From: an uncultured Acidobacteriota bacterium
Lineage (GTDB): Bacteria; Acidobacteriota; Terriglobia; UBA7540
Direction of reading: 5' to 3'
Length of the DNA stretch: 64,000 nucleotides
Assembly: GCA_963804995.1 (NCBI GenBank)
Contig: CAWDSK010000005.1
Coordinates: forward strand, 1,216,001-1,280,000
Of this stretch, positions 11,093-22,773 are shown one piece after another (position 1 is the first letter of the stretch; the number at the start of each line of letters is the position of its first letter). The notes beneath the pieces were generated by a model. The model made no database searches, was not told the DNA's origin, and worked only from the letters and a program-made list of their open reading frames with translations. The position numbers and the translations under genes are program-made.

Positions 11093-11932
11093 ATGTCAAC
11101 CCAATTAAGCGTTACGCTCAACGCGGGCCTGACGCCCTCCAAGAGCGTGGATATCTGCCACGCTCATGTAAACATAACAACAATGCCGCATGCGGTTGCT
11201 CTTATTTCCAATTATGCGGCAACGTCGCCAGGACCGGCCTACGTTGTCACTCCCAATGCCCAGCATGTGGTCCTTCTCGAGAAAGATCAGCATTTCCGCG
11301 AGATTTACTCCCATGCCAGCTTGGTGCTACCGGATGGATTTTCCCTCCTACTTGCGGCCCGGCTTTTTGGAAAGAGATTGAAGGAGCGGGTGACCGGTGT
11401 GGATCTATTTCAGGCGCTCTGTGGACGTGCGGCAGAGATGGGATTGAGAGTTTATCTCATGGGCGGTCAGCCCGGCTCGGCGGCCCTCGCCGCCAGAAAG
11501 TTGAAGGGGGCATACCCCAATTTGATTGTGGCCGGAACCTATTGCCCAGCCTGGGGGTTTGAGAACGATTCGAGGCAGTTGGATGCCATGGCACGCATGA
11601 TCCGTAAAGCCAAGCCGCACATTCTGTTTGTTGGCCTCGGGGCACCCAAGCAGGAGAATTGGATCTACGAGCATGGTCTAAAGCTTGGCGTTCCAGTTTG
11701 TATGGGCATCGGGGGGTCGTTCGAGATGGTTGGGGGGATTACCACGCGAGCGCCACGGTGGCTGCAACGAGTGGGTTTGGAGTGGCTGTTCAGACTGGCG
11801 GTGGAGCCGCGCCGCATGTGGAAGCGTTACCTGATCGGAAACGTACAATTCATGGCCTTGGTTTTCGGGCAATTGCTGCACCCGACCCTCTACGAAGGAA
11901 ATGCGTGGCCTGCGGTAGGGGGGCGGCAATGA
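11093..11932 (+). CDS. WecB/TagA/CpsF family glycosyltransferase (GT26)
   Basis: VVTPN, PDG, RVTGVDL, FVGLGAPKQE, GLEWLFRL..EPRRMWKRY. Confidence 0.93.
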   Translation: MSTQLSVTLNAGLTPSKSVDICHAHVNITTMPHAVALISNYAATSPGPAYVVTPNAQHVVLLEKDQHFREIYSHASLVLPDGFSLLLAARLFGKRLKERVTGVDLFQALCGRAAEMGLRVYLMGGQPGSAALAARKLKGAYPNLIVAGTYCPAWGFENDSRQLDAMARMIRKAKPHILFVGLGAPKQENWIYEHGLKLGVPVCMGIGGSFEMVGGITTRAPRWLQRVGLEWLFRLAVEPRRMWKRYLIGNVQFMALVFGQLLHPTLYEGNAWPAVGGRQ

Positions 11933-13074
11933 CCAGGCGTGATGTGTTCAAACTTGCCCTCACGACGTGTGGCATAGCCGCGTGCGCGCACAGCCTGGAA
12001 CTGGCATCCCCTACGGCCGCTGTGACAGGAGTGGATTCATCCCATGCTTGGGGGTCGCTGCGAGAAATTGCGGCTTCCCGTGGGATCCTTTTTGGGTCGA
12101 TGGTACTGAAGAAAACGTTGGCTACGGATCCGAAATATACCGATCTGGTGGCACAACAATGCGGAATCATTGTGCCGGGACATGAGTTGAAGTGGGACGC
12201 GCTTCGTCCTGCACCCGACCAGTTTGATTTCTCAGAAGGCGATTGGATCGAACAATTCGCAAGGTCACACGGGATGCTGGTTCGCGGCCACACGCTGGTG
12301 TGGGAACAAGCCCTGCCTAAATGGTTCGCGACAACCGTCAATCTGGAGAACGCCAGGCGAATGTTGCTCAGCCACATATCTACGGTTGTCGGTCATTATG
12401 CGGGGCAAATGCATTCCTGGGATGTCGTGAACGAAGGCATCCAGATTGAGGATGGACGAGCTGATGGATTGAAAGTTACGCCCTGGCTTCTCTATCTCGG
12501 GCCCGAATACATTGACCTGGCCTTCCATGCCGCCCACCAAGCTGATCCGAAAGCGATGCTGGTCTTTAACGAAAACCGGATTGAGGCTGAAAACTCCGCG
12601 GCCGAGCGAAAACGGCAAGCCGTGTTGTCCCTGCTGACCCGTCTTGTCAGGAGAGGTGTTCCGATCCATGGTTTGGGAATTCAATCGCATTTCCCTGCGG
12701 AGACGGATGTGGCGGGGCCTGGTTTCAAGAGGTTTCTCCATGCCATTGAAGATCTGGGCCTCTCGATCCTGGTCACAGAAATGGATGTGTTCGATAACCT
12801 ATTGCCTGGAGACATCGCTATCCGAGATGGTCTGGTGGCCAAGCAATATTACAACTACCTCTCGTTCATTCTTCAATTCAAGTCAGTGAAAGCAGTGCTC
12901 ACCTGGGGTTTGAGCGACGTTTCCACCTGGATCACAATAGCCAGCCCGCGCGGAGACGGCCTGCCGGTCCGGCCACTGCTCTACGACGCCGAACTGCAAC
13001 CCAAGCCCGCGTTTGCCGCGGCCTGGCATGCGTTTAACGAAGCGCCCAAGCGCAGATGGGACGCTTCCAAATAG
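11929..13074 (+). CDS. Tat-exported glycoside hydrolase family 10 (endo-glycanase)
   Basis: MTRRDVFK twin-arginine leader; ELKW, RGHTLVW, WDVVNE (acid/base), GIQSH, VTEMDV (nucleophile). Confidence 0.9.
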   Translation: MTRRDVFKLALTTCGIAACAHSLELASPTAAVTGVDSSHAWGSLREIAASRGILFGSMVLKKTLATDPKYTDLVAQQCGIIVPGHELKWDALRPAPDQFDFSEGDWIEQFARSHGMLVRGHTLVWEQALPKWFATTVNLENARRMLLSHISTVVGHYAGQMHSWDVVNEGIQIEDGRADGLKVTPWLLYLGPEYIDLAFHAAHQADPKAMLVFNENRIEAENSAAERKRQAVLSLLTRLVRRGVPIHGLGIQSHFPAETDVAGPGFKRFLHAIEDLGLSILVTEMDVFDNLLPGDIAIRDGLVAKQYYNYLSFILQFKSVKAVLTWGLSDVSTWITIASPRGDGLPVRPLLYDAELQPKPAFAAAWHAFNEAPKRRWDASK

Positions 13075-13273
13075 TCGAGCGTTTGACGGGCGTCCGTCCC
13101 TTTGACCCCACGAGCGGTGGCATCCAATGAACCCATCGGAAGTGAGCGATCCGACGAGCTTTTGATCAAACACCCGGTGGTTAAAAGTAGTGTCTCCCGG
13201 GTCATGGAGTGCGTCTGCCGGCTGTCCAAGTTTTCAGAAGGAATTCCGTTAACAAAAAAGCGAGGTACCTGAG

Positions 13274-15596
13274 ATGTCTGACAATATTGTGCCGACGAGC
13301 GACCCGCAAAATGAGGATCGTCCGCCTTCCACCATTGTGCCGAGAGTGACACCGGTTTTCGCCAACAGCGAGCCTGTGGCAGAGGTTTCCTTTGCTGAAA
13401 TCTGGCGCATTCTGGTGAAGCGAAAATGGATTATTGCGGCAACGACTTGTGGCCTATTCGCTATAGGCCTTGCCTATTGTTTGATGAGCACGCCGAAATA
13501 CGAGTCGACCTCGACAATTCAATTCAACAGAGAGAACTCAGACTCACTCATGCCTGGGGATACCCATGCGATGCTCGGTGACGCGACCGCGATGGATTAT
13601 CATGTGACGCAACAAACGCAGGTTGACACCTTAAAGAGCGACACGCTCGCTCTGCAGGTGATCCGCGACTTGAAGCTTGAGAACCGCCCTGAGTTTTCAC
13701 CTAAGCCCTTGTGGGACAGCTTCGCCAAGTACCCCGACGAGTCCCAATTGCCGTTGGAGAAAGCTACCCACCGGCGGGCGAGGGTTCTGAAGGCTTACCA
13801 CAATAACCTCCGTGTGGATGTAGTAGACGGTACCCGGATGATCAAGATTTCGTTCCTAAGTCCCGATGCCGAAGTGGCAGCCGCCGTGGTGAACTCACTG
13901 GTCAGCAATTACCAGGAGCAGCAATTCAGAACCCGTTTCGCGGCAACGGCGCAAGTCTCGGACCGGTTATCGAAGCAGCTTGATGACCTCAAAAACCAGG
14001 TGGCAGCCTCACAGGAGGAGTTGGTTCGGTACCAGAAACAAGCAGGTATTCTTGGGACCGATGAGACGCACAACATCGTGATGACACGGCTGGAAGAAGC
14101 TGATAAGCAGGTCGTTGCCGCTGAAGGAGACCGGATTCTTGCACAAGCCGTTTGGCAGTTGGCCAAGAGTGGGAATCCGGAGTTGATTTCCGACTTGGCG
14201 GCCATGTCTTCCGCAACCAAGTCGCTGACAAATCCAAACTCGAGGTTATTGATCGAGAGTCTGCGCACTCAGCAAAGCCAGCTCAAGCTGGAGTACGCCC
14301 AAGCGGCAGCAAAGTATGGTTCATCGTACCCGAAGCTCATGCAAATGCAGAGTGAGCTGAGCCAGCTCGATGAGAACATCCAAACCGAGATTCAGAACCT
14401 CGCCACTCGTGCGCAGAACAATTACCTCACGGCCCAGCAAACCGAAAACGCCCTGCGGGCTTCTTTCGAGCGCGCAAAAGAAGATGCGAACATACTCAAT
14501 GACAGGAACGTCCAGTACTCCATCATGAAACACGAAGTAGAGTCGAAACGCGATCTCTATGACTCATTATTCAAACAACTGAAGGAGGCGGGGGTGCTGG
14601 CTGGGCTGCGGTCAACCAATATCGTGACAGTTGACCCCGCAAGGCCATCTGACCGGCCTGCCAAGCCCTTCGTGGCGTTGAATCTTGCCATAGCCTTGTT
14701 TGGCGGGTTGTTGTTGGGAGTTACGGGCGCGTTTGTCGCTGAGAATTGCGACGACACGATCACAACACCCGACGATGCCGAGCAGATAACCCTGGTGCCA
14801 TCACTGGGGTTAGTTCCTCGATGGAAGTTTCGGAAGCCGCCACCGCTTGCAACGAAGTCGATTAGGCCCACTTCCTCAGCCCCGTCCAAGGCGGCGGCTG
14901 TGGTTCTGTCTAGGCCGCACTCACAAATCGCTGAAGCATACCGCATCGTGCGGACTTCGATTCTCCAGGCAAGTCGACGGGGCGCGAGTAATGTCCTCCT
15001 CGTTACCAGCGCCTTGCCGGAAGAGGGAAAAACTACAACAGCCCTGAACTGCGCGGCGGCGCTCGCTCAGCAAGGTCAACGGGTACTGTTGGTTGAAGCC
15101 GACATGCGGCGGTCAAATCTGGAAAGCAAGTTGAATTTGAATGGCTGCGGAGGATTAAGCTCCCTCATCGCGGGTGGAACATCATCTATCGCGCCGGTGA
15201 AGATTCCCCTCCCTGCCGAACCTGTCGGTAATTCCTGCCGGTCCGCGGCCCTCCAATCCGGCCGAATTGCTGGGCTCGCCGCGCATGGCGGAACTTGTCC
15301 AGGAGTGGCGCTCGAACTATGACTTCATCATCCTGGACACGCCTCCAGTATTGTCAGTTACGGATGCAGTCGTTGTTTCCGCCCATTGCGATGCCGTGAT
15401 TCTTGTTGTCCGGTCTGGGGTTACAACGAAACAATCCCTCATTCGTGTCCGTGACCTCTTCATGCGATCGCGCAAACGGATTGCAGGCGTCGTCATGAAT
15501 GCCTTCGATCTGAAGTCTGTCGACCACTACCTGTACCTGGGGTATAAGTCCAATCCGAAGGACGGGCGTGGGTACTACAGCTCAGATGTCAATTAA
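13274..15596 (+). CDS. wzc: Wzc/GumC polysaccharide co-polymerase with BY-kinase domain; one extra C near 15206-15209
   Basis: Two TMs, coiled coil, TSALPEEGKTT Walker A. After the shift: NPAELLGS, IILDTPP and a Tyr-rich tail. Removing one C from ATTCCCCTCC restores KIPSLPNLSVIPAG. Confidence 0.88.
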
Positions 15597-15616
15597 AACA
15601 AAGAGGAGCATTTCCC

Positions 15617-16622
15617 ATGAGATTCATTTCACCGAGATTGATTTGCCGATTTTCCTTCTTGTTGACAATGACAGTTGCCTGCCTTGCGGGCGCTCGTGCT
15701 GAAGCAGGTCAAACACCGACTTCCCCCCGTGCTGCCGGCAGCCTGAATGCGACCCGCACCGCAAATGGTCCCGCGGAGGGAACGGCGCGCGAAGCCAGGG
15801 TGAAGATCGGACCGGGGGATCTGATCGAAGTGAATGTCTTCGATGAGGCGGAATTGCAGCAGACCATTCGACTCAACGATCTGGGAGACGGAACCCTCAG
15901 TTTCATCGGCAGCGTGCACCTTGCCGGGCTGACAACCGACCAGGCTGAGGCCCTTATTGCACGCAAACTGAAGGAGGGAAACTACCTCCTTGCCCCCCAA
16001 GTGGCAGTAATGATTCGTGAGTACAGTACTCAGGGGGTATCCGTATTGGGCGAGGTGAAAACACCTGGGGTTTACGGAGTAGTGGGGGGCCAGAGCTTGT
16101 TGGATGTTCTCGCTGCCGCAGGTGGAACAACACCCCTGGCAGGTGCCGAAATCACTATCCAGCGCGCCGGCGACGCCTCCACCCTTACTGTCCTTTTATC
16201 GAAAGATGCTCACCAGTCACTTTCGTCCAATGTACGGCTTTATCCCGGAGACAAGGTCATCATTCCGCGCGCCGGTCTGGTGTATGTACTGGGAGAAGTT
16301 GGCCGGCCAGGCGGGTTTGTCATGGAGAATGACGGGAAAATCACCCTGTTGCAAGCGCTCGCCATGGCGGGTGGAACCACTCACACTTCCAGCATGAATG
16401 GTTCGAGGCTTCTCCGCAAAGGACCTTCAGGCTACACGGATATTCATATAGAACTGAATAAGATGCTCAAAGGCCAAGAAGGGGACGTCCAACTACAGGC
16501 AGGAAGATATTCTGTATGTCCCCGGTAGTGCCATGAAATCCGCATTCGCCCGAGCCGTACCCGCGGTGTTGGCTGCATCCAGCGGCGCCGCAGGCGCGGC
16601 CGTATATCATATTACTTACTGA
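15617..16622 (+). CDS. wza: Wza/SLBB polysaccharide export protein; one extra G near 16502
   Basis: IGPGDL Poly_export motif and two SLBB repeats. Removing one G from GCAGGAAGAT gives LQAEDILYVPG...YHITY, TGA at 16620-16622. Confidence 0.85.
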
Positions 16623-16769
16623 GTGGAGAGGCTTGCCGGATAGCCTTCCGTTCCCCTGAGCCCCTGTAAAGGTCCCGTAAGGCGGAGTGAGCTGGTTACA
16701 GCACTGAACTCTGCCCTTCACGGTCCCAATGCCGTACGGTCCTGCAACAGCCCTCAAGCAACAACTCAT

Positions 16770-17672
16770 ATGGAAAGCATCTCGTGCATTTTCTGTGGTG
16801 TTGATGACTCGTTTCCGGTCATCCATGAGAACGGCTACACGGGAAGGAAGTGCCGCCGGTGCGGACTGATCTTCATCTCACCACGCCCCAGTCGTGAAGA
16901 TATCAGAAACCTCTATGCAGACGACCAAGCGGTTACTTCCTCCCAATGTCAGTTCGCCGCCGAGGCCTATAAGCGCCTCCATGCCCGGTTCACCATGAAG
17001 ATCCTGCGGGGGTATGCAAGCGGGGGAAAACTGCTGGAGATTGGTCCGGGGGGCGGTCTGTTTATGGACCAAGCCAGGGCGGATGGCTTCAAGCCTTGCG
17101 GTGTCGAACTCAATCTCATCCACGCCGAGTACATCCGAAACCGATGGGGACTTCCCTGCGAGTCTCGACAGTTAAGTGATGCATTTCCTGGTGAAATATT
17201 CGATGTTATTTATCATTGCGACGTGATCAGCCATTTGTATAACCCCTGCACTGAATTCAAGATCATGAGAGAACGCCTCACACCGCAGGGGATATTGATC
17301 TACGAAACAGGAAACATGGGTGATGTGCGTCCCGACCGGCTGGCCATGATCCCTCGATTTCAGTATCCTGATCATTTGTTCTTCTTCAGTTCCCGCAACC
17401 TTGAGTCGTTGCTGCAGTTATCGGGCTTTCGTCCGGTGCGTCAGTTCCGATTCTCAACGGTTCCCGAATTGCTGCTCCGTAAGGCCGTTTCAAGGTTCAA
17501 GTGCCGAAGAAATGGATCAAACGTCGCAGCTCCACGAGGAACGGATTCTGCCTCTTCCTCATTGTGGGTAAAATCTCGGATTGCCATGTTTGCCCGGTAC
17601 CGATTAGGCGCCTATCTCCCCATACCGGACCATCATCAGACGATCATTATGATCGCCAAGCCCAAACAGTAG
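16770..17672 (+). CDS. Class I SAM-dependent methyltransferase with N-terminal Zn finger
   Basis: CxxC...CxxC, LLEIGPGGG motif I, FDVI..DVISH, PDHLFFFS. Confidence 0.85.
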   Translation: MESISCIFCGVDDSFPVIHENGYTGRKCRRCGLIFISPRPSREDIRNLYADDQAVTSSQCQFAAEAYKRLHARFTMKILRGYASGGKLLEIGPGGGLFMDQARADGFKPCGVELNLIHAEYIRNRWGLPCESRQLSDAFPGEIFDVIYHCDVISHLYNPCTEFKIMRERLTPQGILIYETGNMGDVRPDRLAMIPRFQYPDHLFFFSSRNLESLLQLSGFRPVRQFRFSTVPELLLRKAVSRFKCRRNGSNVAAPRGTDSASSSLWVKSRIAMFARYRLGAYLPIPDHHQTIIMIAKPKQ

Positions 17673-17824
17673 TCGTTTGCGTTTGCGTTTCACCGCTCCG
17701 AGGGAGAACCCTTGGAAAGTCCCGCCGAAGGAACAGATCCTCGCGGAGTATCCCCGGCCGGAGCGGTTCTAGAACAAGCGAGGCACCTCCGCGCAGTGGG
17801 TCAGGCAGTGTAAGCAGGAGGGTG

Positions 17825-18317
17825 GTAGGGTCGGGGTCTGGCGCGGTGGCTCCGAAAGGCCTTCGGAGCCCCGTTTCCAGCCCCCGCCACATCACACGTA
17901 GCGTGCGGATTTCCCGCACTACGCGTTCCTGCACGCTTCACGACAAGGGTTATGGGGCCGATCGGGTCGGCGCGGCTGCCCAGGAGGGCGACTGATAGAC
18001 CACGCGGTACTCGTGGAAGAGCCCGAGCGGTCCATACAGCCACTCCTTACGCCACCGCTTCCATCCGAAACCTGGGCGTTGTCTGGCTCTCGCCAAGTGG
18101 CACCGAATCTTCTTCTCTACCCAGTCGCGGATATACGAGAAGCACCGGCTGGAGTGGCCCACCGCAAAGTAATTCACCCAGCCGCGCAGGATGGGATTGA
18201 TCGCCTCGATCAACCCCTTCACGGGCTGAGAGCGATAGCTTCGGAAAACCAGCTTGAGCTTGCGCAGCAGCGCCGTTCGCTTCTTGACCCGCGGCTTATG
18301 CAGCGGCATCCATCGTC
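17825..18317 (-). mobile_element. Group II intron 3' remnant (maturase X domain + domains V/VI)
   Basis: ORF 18309-17950 contains INPILRGWVNYF. It is followed by a DV-like GGAACGCGTAGTGCGGGAAATCCGCACGCTACGTG and ends CGACCCTAC at 17825. The 5' part is cut off by the IS at 18318. Confidence 0.85.
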
Positions 18318-19729
18318 CCCGTAGTATCCAAATACTGGATCCTTTTGAAAGCGCAGCTGGATAGTGAATCCGCTGACAGCGGGTGCGGGGGTGTCATGAC
18401 ACTTTGCCGCCGTGTTACGCTGACACGATGCGCCCGACGTTGGATTCCTTTCGACTGCTGCTGATTTTCCTCGCGGGCTGGCTGAACCCACAGCAGCAAG
18501 ACGTCATCGACTACCTCCAGGAAGAGAACCGAGTTCTTCGGGAACAACTCGGCGATCGACGGCTGCGCCTGAACGACGACCAGCGCCGGCGTTTGGCAGT
18601 CAAGGCCAAGAAACTGGGCCGCAGGGTGCTGCACGAACTGGCCACCCTCGTTACGCCGGAGACGCTCTTGGCTTGGCGCCGCAAGCTCATCGCCCGGAAA
18701 TACGATGGCAGCCAGCAGCGTGGCCCTGGTCGTCCGCGCACCCCAAACGAGATCCAACAGTTGGTGGTCCGCATGGCCACCGAGAACCGCGCTGGGGGCT
18801 ACCGGAGAATCCAGGGGGCGTTGGCCAACTTGGGGCACGAGGTCGCCCGCGGCACCATCTCCAACATTCTCAAGGAGCACGGTCTGGAGCCGGCGCCCGA
18901 GCGTAATCGGAAGACCACCTGGAAGGAGTTTCTGGCCCGGCATCGGGAGGTGATTGTGGCGGCGGACTTTTTCAGGATCGAGGCTTGGACGCGCCGGGGC
19001 TTGACGAGGTTCCTGGGGCTCTTCCTCATCGACTTGTCGAGTCGGCGGGTGGAGATCGCGGGAGTGGGGCGGCAGGCGAATGGACTTTGGATGAGTCAAG
19101 TTGCACGCAACCTCAGTGATGCTACGGACGGCTTCCTGGTCGGCAAACGATACCTGATCCATGACCGCGACCCGCTGTTCACGGCAGAGTTTCTGGAGAC
19201 CCTGGAGAGCAGTGGCGTGAAATCCGTGAAACTGCCGCCACGGGCACCCAATCTGAAGGCCCACGCCGAGCGATTCGTCAGAACCATCAAAGAGTCCTGC
19301 TTGAAACGGCTGATCCTGTTCGGGGAAGGCTCCTTGCGGAAGGCCATCCACGATTTCGTTATGCCTTATCATCACGAGCGCAACCACCAAGGGCTGGACA
19401 ACCAGTTGATCATTAAGGAAGAGTCTTACGTCAGTAGGGCGGGAGCGATCCAGCGCCGTCAGCGGTTGGGTGAAATGCTGAATTACTACTATCGCCAAGC
19501 GGCCTGAGGGAAGACGATCGAACTGTGAGGGGATGGCCACCGGCGAGTGTGTCGATCCTCACCGTAGCGCGGTGCACGAGCGCCGCCTGGGCTGATTACA
19601 GCGACCAAATCCATGCAGTCGCGTGGTCACCCTGCAGGCCCCCATAACAAAAACCATCCACCAACTCCCGAGAAGATCGCGTTCCTGGGCAAACCAACTG
19701 TCCCTCGTTTGAGTTCTTGGACCTTGCGC
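18318..19729 (+). mobile_element. IS with rve integrase-core transposase (IS481/IS3-superfamily-like)
   Basis: Left end CCCGTAGTATCCAAATACT is shared with the copy at 27696. An imperfect inverted end lies at about 19709-19729, so the right boundary is approximate. Confidence 0.75.
18428..19507 (+). CDS. Integrase-core (DDE) transposase
   Basis: [34 protein letters not shown]. Confidence 0.88.
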   Translation: MRPTLDSFRLLLIFLAGWLNPQQQDVIDYLQEENRVLREQLGDRRLRLNDDQRRRLAVKAKKLGRRVLHELATLVTPETLLAWRRKLIARKYDGSQQRGPGRPRTPNEIQQLVVRMATENRAGGYRRIQGALANLGHEVARGTISNILKEHGLEPAPERNRKTTWKEFLARHREVIVAADFFRIEAWTRRGLTRFLGLFLIDLSSRRVEIAGVGRQANGLWMSQVARNLSDATDGFLVGKRYLIHDRDPLFTAEFLETLESSGVKSVKLPPRAPNLKAHAERFVRTIKESCLKRLILFGEGSLRKAIHDFVMPYHHERNHQGLDNQLIIKEESYVSRAGAIQRRQRLGEMLNYYYRQAA

Positions 19730-19895
19730 GGGTACCAGGACTCAATCTTTTCTGGAACCCGGCGGGGGAAGTGCAACCATAGAACCCTGACAGACTCGGG
19801 CAAAGGGCGTTGATGGTCGAATTTTTTATGAGTTTCGTTAGAGGGGCGGTGTATCTTGCGGTTAACAGCGAGTAATCTTCATTTAGGACGTCAAC

Positions 19896-21125
19896 TTATT
19901 TCTGGGCTCGGAAGTACTGTCGCCGGGGGTCCTGCGGTCCGCTACCGACGTCGATTAAAAGTCCACGTCTGACCAAATGGGCCAAACGCGTCCGTGTAGC
20001 GCACGGAGACAGAGAAATGGTCTCTGCGATCTCTGCTGTTGAGCGGCCAAGTCCATCTTCGAGGAGGTGTAGGATTAGCTGATCCACCTCATAAATGCGG
20101 ATCGGCCCGGTCCGCGTTGCTGATAGTATTACGCGGAAATGGGTCCCAATTTCCTCAAGAACCGGAATGGGCAAGCCCGCATCCTCGCAAGCCGCCGTCA
20201 TGCGCTGAATTCCACTTCCCCATTGCTCAATGAGGCCCAGTTCATGGAAGACACGGCCGATCACTCGGTTTCGCAGCCTCGATACGCCCCTGCGTATGTC
20301 CTCAATGGTAAGGCCGAAAGGCAGGATGCCGGGATTTTCCACTTCGATGCGGTCATCAAATACGGCCACGCGGATGGGAGCCCCTTTTTCAGCATAGTTG
20401 GCGTGTACGATGGCATTGATGATTGCCTCGCGAAGGGCAATCATTGGAACCGTCCAGCGATCAACACGGTGCGCTCCCGCGATCACCGCTTCGCGGCCCA
20501 GATGCTTCTGCACGAACGTGATTGCCTGGTCGGCGGCTTCTGGCAGGGGAGGCCGAATTTCGCTTGAGTCCAATATCCTCCCCCGGTCCTTCCCGGCGAA
20601 GCGACCCGCCTGCAACCACGCATCAGGGAAGCGGTCAAATCGGTTCTTTGCGAAAAGGAGAAATCCGCCGACGGTCGGAACTTCGCGTCCCTGGTATTCA
20701 GTAGTAACTCGCAGGTTGCGAAATGCAGATGGCGCCAGTTTCCGGACAGGTGCAAACAGCTCGGAAGCAGCTCGGAAGTTGAGCACTTCCGAGCTCAAAT
20801 CCGGGATGGGCTGCTCGTCAAACGATTCGAATTGGCCAAACCGACGCATTTCAGCAATTTGCGCCATGTCGGCACGCCGATTCGTGGATCCCAAGCGAAC
20901 GAAGACGCCCGCTTCCATCCCAAGACGCTCAAGGTAGTGGGGGCGCGCCGCACTTGGGTAAACTTGCACTACCAACACCTGAGCCTTTCGCCAAGGCACG
21001 ATTTCGATATCAGGAACCAGGCGCGGCCGGATCGAATCCGCGATCATGTTAGCCAGCCGCTCCTCGGCGTCGAGGACATCGGGAACGCCGGTCACACGTC
21101 TGGTCCTGTCCTCGATACCTATTGT
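19896..21125 (-). pseudogene. AlbA_2/Schlafen + RecG-C-like HATPase + HTH protein, N-terminus deleted
   Basis: IGIED..., REAIINAIVHANY, DRIEVENPG, IEQWGSGIQRM and a C-terminal HTH. It begins abruptly after the DUF559 fragment with no start codon or N-terminal AlbA helix. Confidence 0.75.
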
Positions 21126-21270
21126 TCACATTCTGGCATCTTGATGGGATAAAGCCCGCAAGATGGCATCCAGAACTTGGTTCGAGATACTTGCCAACGT
21201 CCTCGGCAAGGAATCGGAGAACCATGTAGCCTTTTTCCTGAAGCAAGGCATCTTTACGACGATCTCGGGA
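21126..21270 (-). pseudogene. C-terminal DUF559/Vsr-like fragment of a TOTE primase-helicase gene
   Basis: RDRRKDALLQEKGYMVLRFLAEDV, then shifted NQVLDAILRALSH. Confidence 0.7.
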
Positions 21271-21330
21271 CTTGCCGCTGTCCTTCTCAGACTTTCCTGC
21301 TCGCCATAACCACTCGCCACTTGTCACGGC

Positions 21331-21739
21331 TTTTCAATAACTCCCTTTCTTTTCATCAACATAATGGAGAGACGCGTCTAACTCGTTTATTTTCATAAAC
21401 ATCATGGAGAGGCTAAAAGCAGACATTTTTTCTATATGTGTTTTCAATAACATTCCGGCTTCATCCCCCCATTTTCGGGGGGGTTTTTTTTGTGACTCCC
21501 CGCCCCCTCAGAACAATCTAAATATTTTAGTTTCAATGACATAAGTTTTTTCAAAGTTTTCGCTATTCACCGCTAACCACTTTTGTTTCTGATACATAAT
21601 GGAGAGCCACGCCCTTCTTTTTCTTTCCGATCCCCGCATTTCAAGCTAACTATCTTTATTTGAATGAGATAAAGCTTTCAGGCATTTTTACTCAAAACGA
21701 CTAACCCCTTTTGTTTCTGACACATCTTGGAGAGCCACG
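21331..21739. repeat. AT-rich array of about 7 degenerate direct repeats (CTAAC-N-TTT-TTTCA-N-ACAT-NN-TGGAGAG)
   Basis: For example ctaaccacttttgtttctgatacataatggagagccacg (21573) vs ctaaccccttttgtttctgacacatcttggagagccacg (21701); related copies at 21337 and 21378. Confidence 0.7.
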
Positions 21740-22214
21740 ATGATCGGGCCATCGGACCATCGGGTCATGGGGCCATCTAAAACCATCTCCGTGGTCCTCC
21801 GATGGATCGATGAGCAGATGGGCCGTTGAGCCGATTTTGGGCCCTCCTCCGCATGAGCCTCGGATTTTCCTCCCTCGGACCCTGACGCCGGAATCTTGCC
21901 CTGCTGACTTCGTAGCTTGGATGGGCTCGGCTTCGAGAAGGTGGGAGATTTGCGCGCGGACATGGCTGCACCCCGCAGTAACACTTGGTTATTATATCAA
22001 CATACACTATGAAAATCAAGAGGATTCTACCAGCGTTAGAGGCTACAAAATGTCGCTGCCGGAAAGCCAGTGTAGCGGGGACCTGTTTTGGTCCGCGCCT
22101 TTTCACCATGTCATGTAAACTGCGCCGATATGTCAGTCGATCGGTTGCCGTGAATACTGGGAGGCAAATGTCGCAACGAGGCTTGGGGCGCATACATGTA
22201 CTGCGATGTATGCG

Positions 22215-22600
22215 CCACCCGCGAGTCGGCGATATAGAAATGCCTCGCTGGCGCTTCGCGCTCGATTGGCGCCCTCGGCATTCGGAGACGGCATTATGGC
22301 AACGTTAACAAACAGGTTTGCCAGGGGAGAATCTACCCCATCGCGCACCAAGCGACGCACGCTCAAGGCGTATTGGCTCTTCCACTCGGGATCGATGGGG
22401 AGAGGCACGTCCGCAGGCCAGCCGGGCACGGCGCTGCCCGGAAGCTGGATCCTGTAGCCAATCGCCTCATAGCCGCGACAACGGCGATCGAACATCCGCG
22501 CCAGCATCGGCACGTTGAGATCGGCGTAGTCGTAGACGCGCACTTCGCGCTTGCCGTCGTACAGGCGATGCAGCCTGCCCACGTATTGCGCGATGGTCCC
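22215..22600 (-). pseudogene. SF2 helicase C-terminal fragment of the TOTE primase-helicase gene
   Basis: GTIAQYVGRLHR (motif VI), VYDYAD..VPML.RMF.RR.RGY, RARSASEAFLYRRL. Confidence 0.75.
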
Positions 22601-22773
22601 GTGTTACGAAACAATTGCTCCAACCGGCAGGCTGGCTTTGCTTTCATTGCAAACTGAGATAATCTTGCCGCGCGCTGTTCGTCAGCCCGGTTCCGTTAGT
22701 GAAAACCGATCTGAGGGCCCAGCATGGGACAATGCGCCTCGAATTTCGAAGATGCAGCTGAAGGGAGGTTACC

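Noticed and set aside
19745..19780. GGGGAAGTG similarity to the 41-bp site family (also near 56208)
   Set aside because: Only about 9 bp match and the GCCGATAA arm is absent.
21331..21739. Possible CRISPR array
   Set aside because: Repeats are degenerate and irregularly spaced, with no uniform spacers and no cas genes.
21975..22002. Possible dif site (TTATATCAAC)
   Set aside because: XerD-like arm only; no credible XerC arm at 6-bp spacing.
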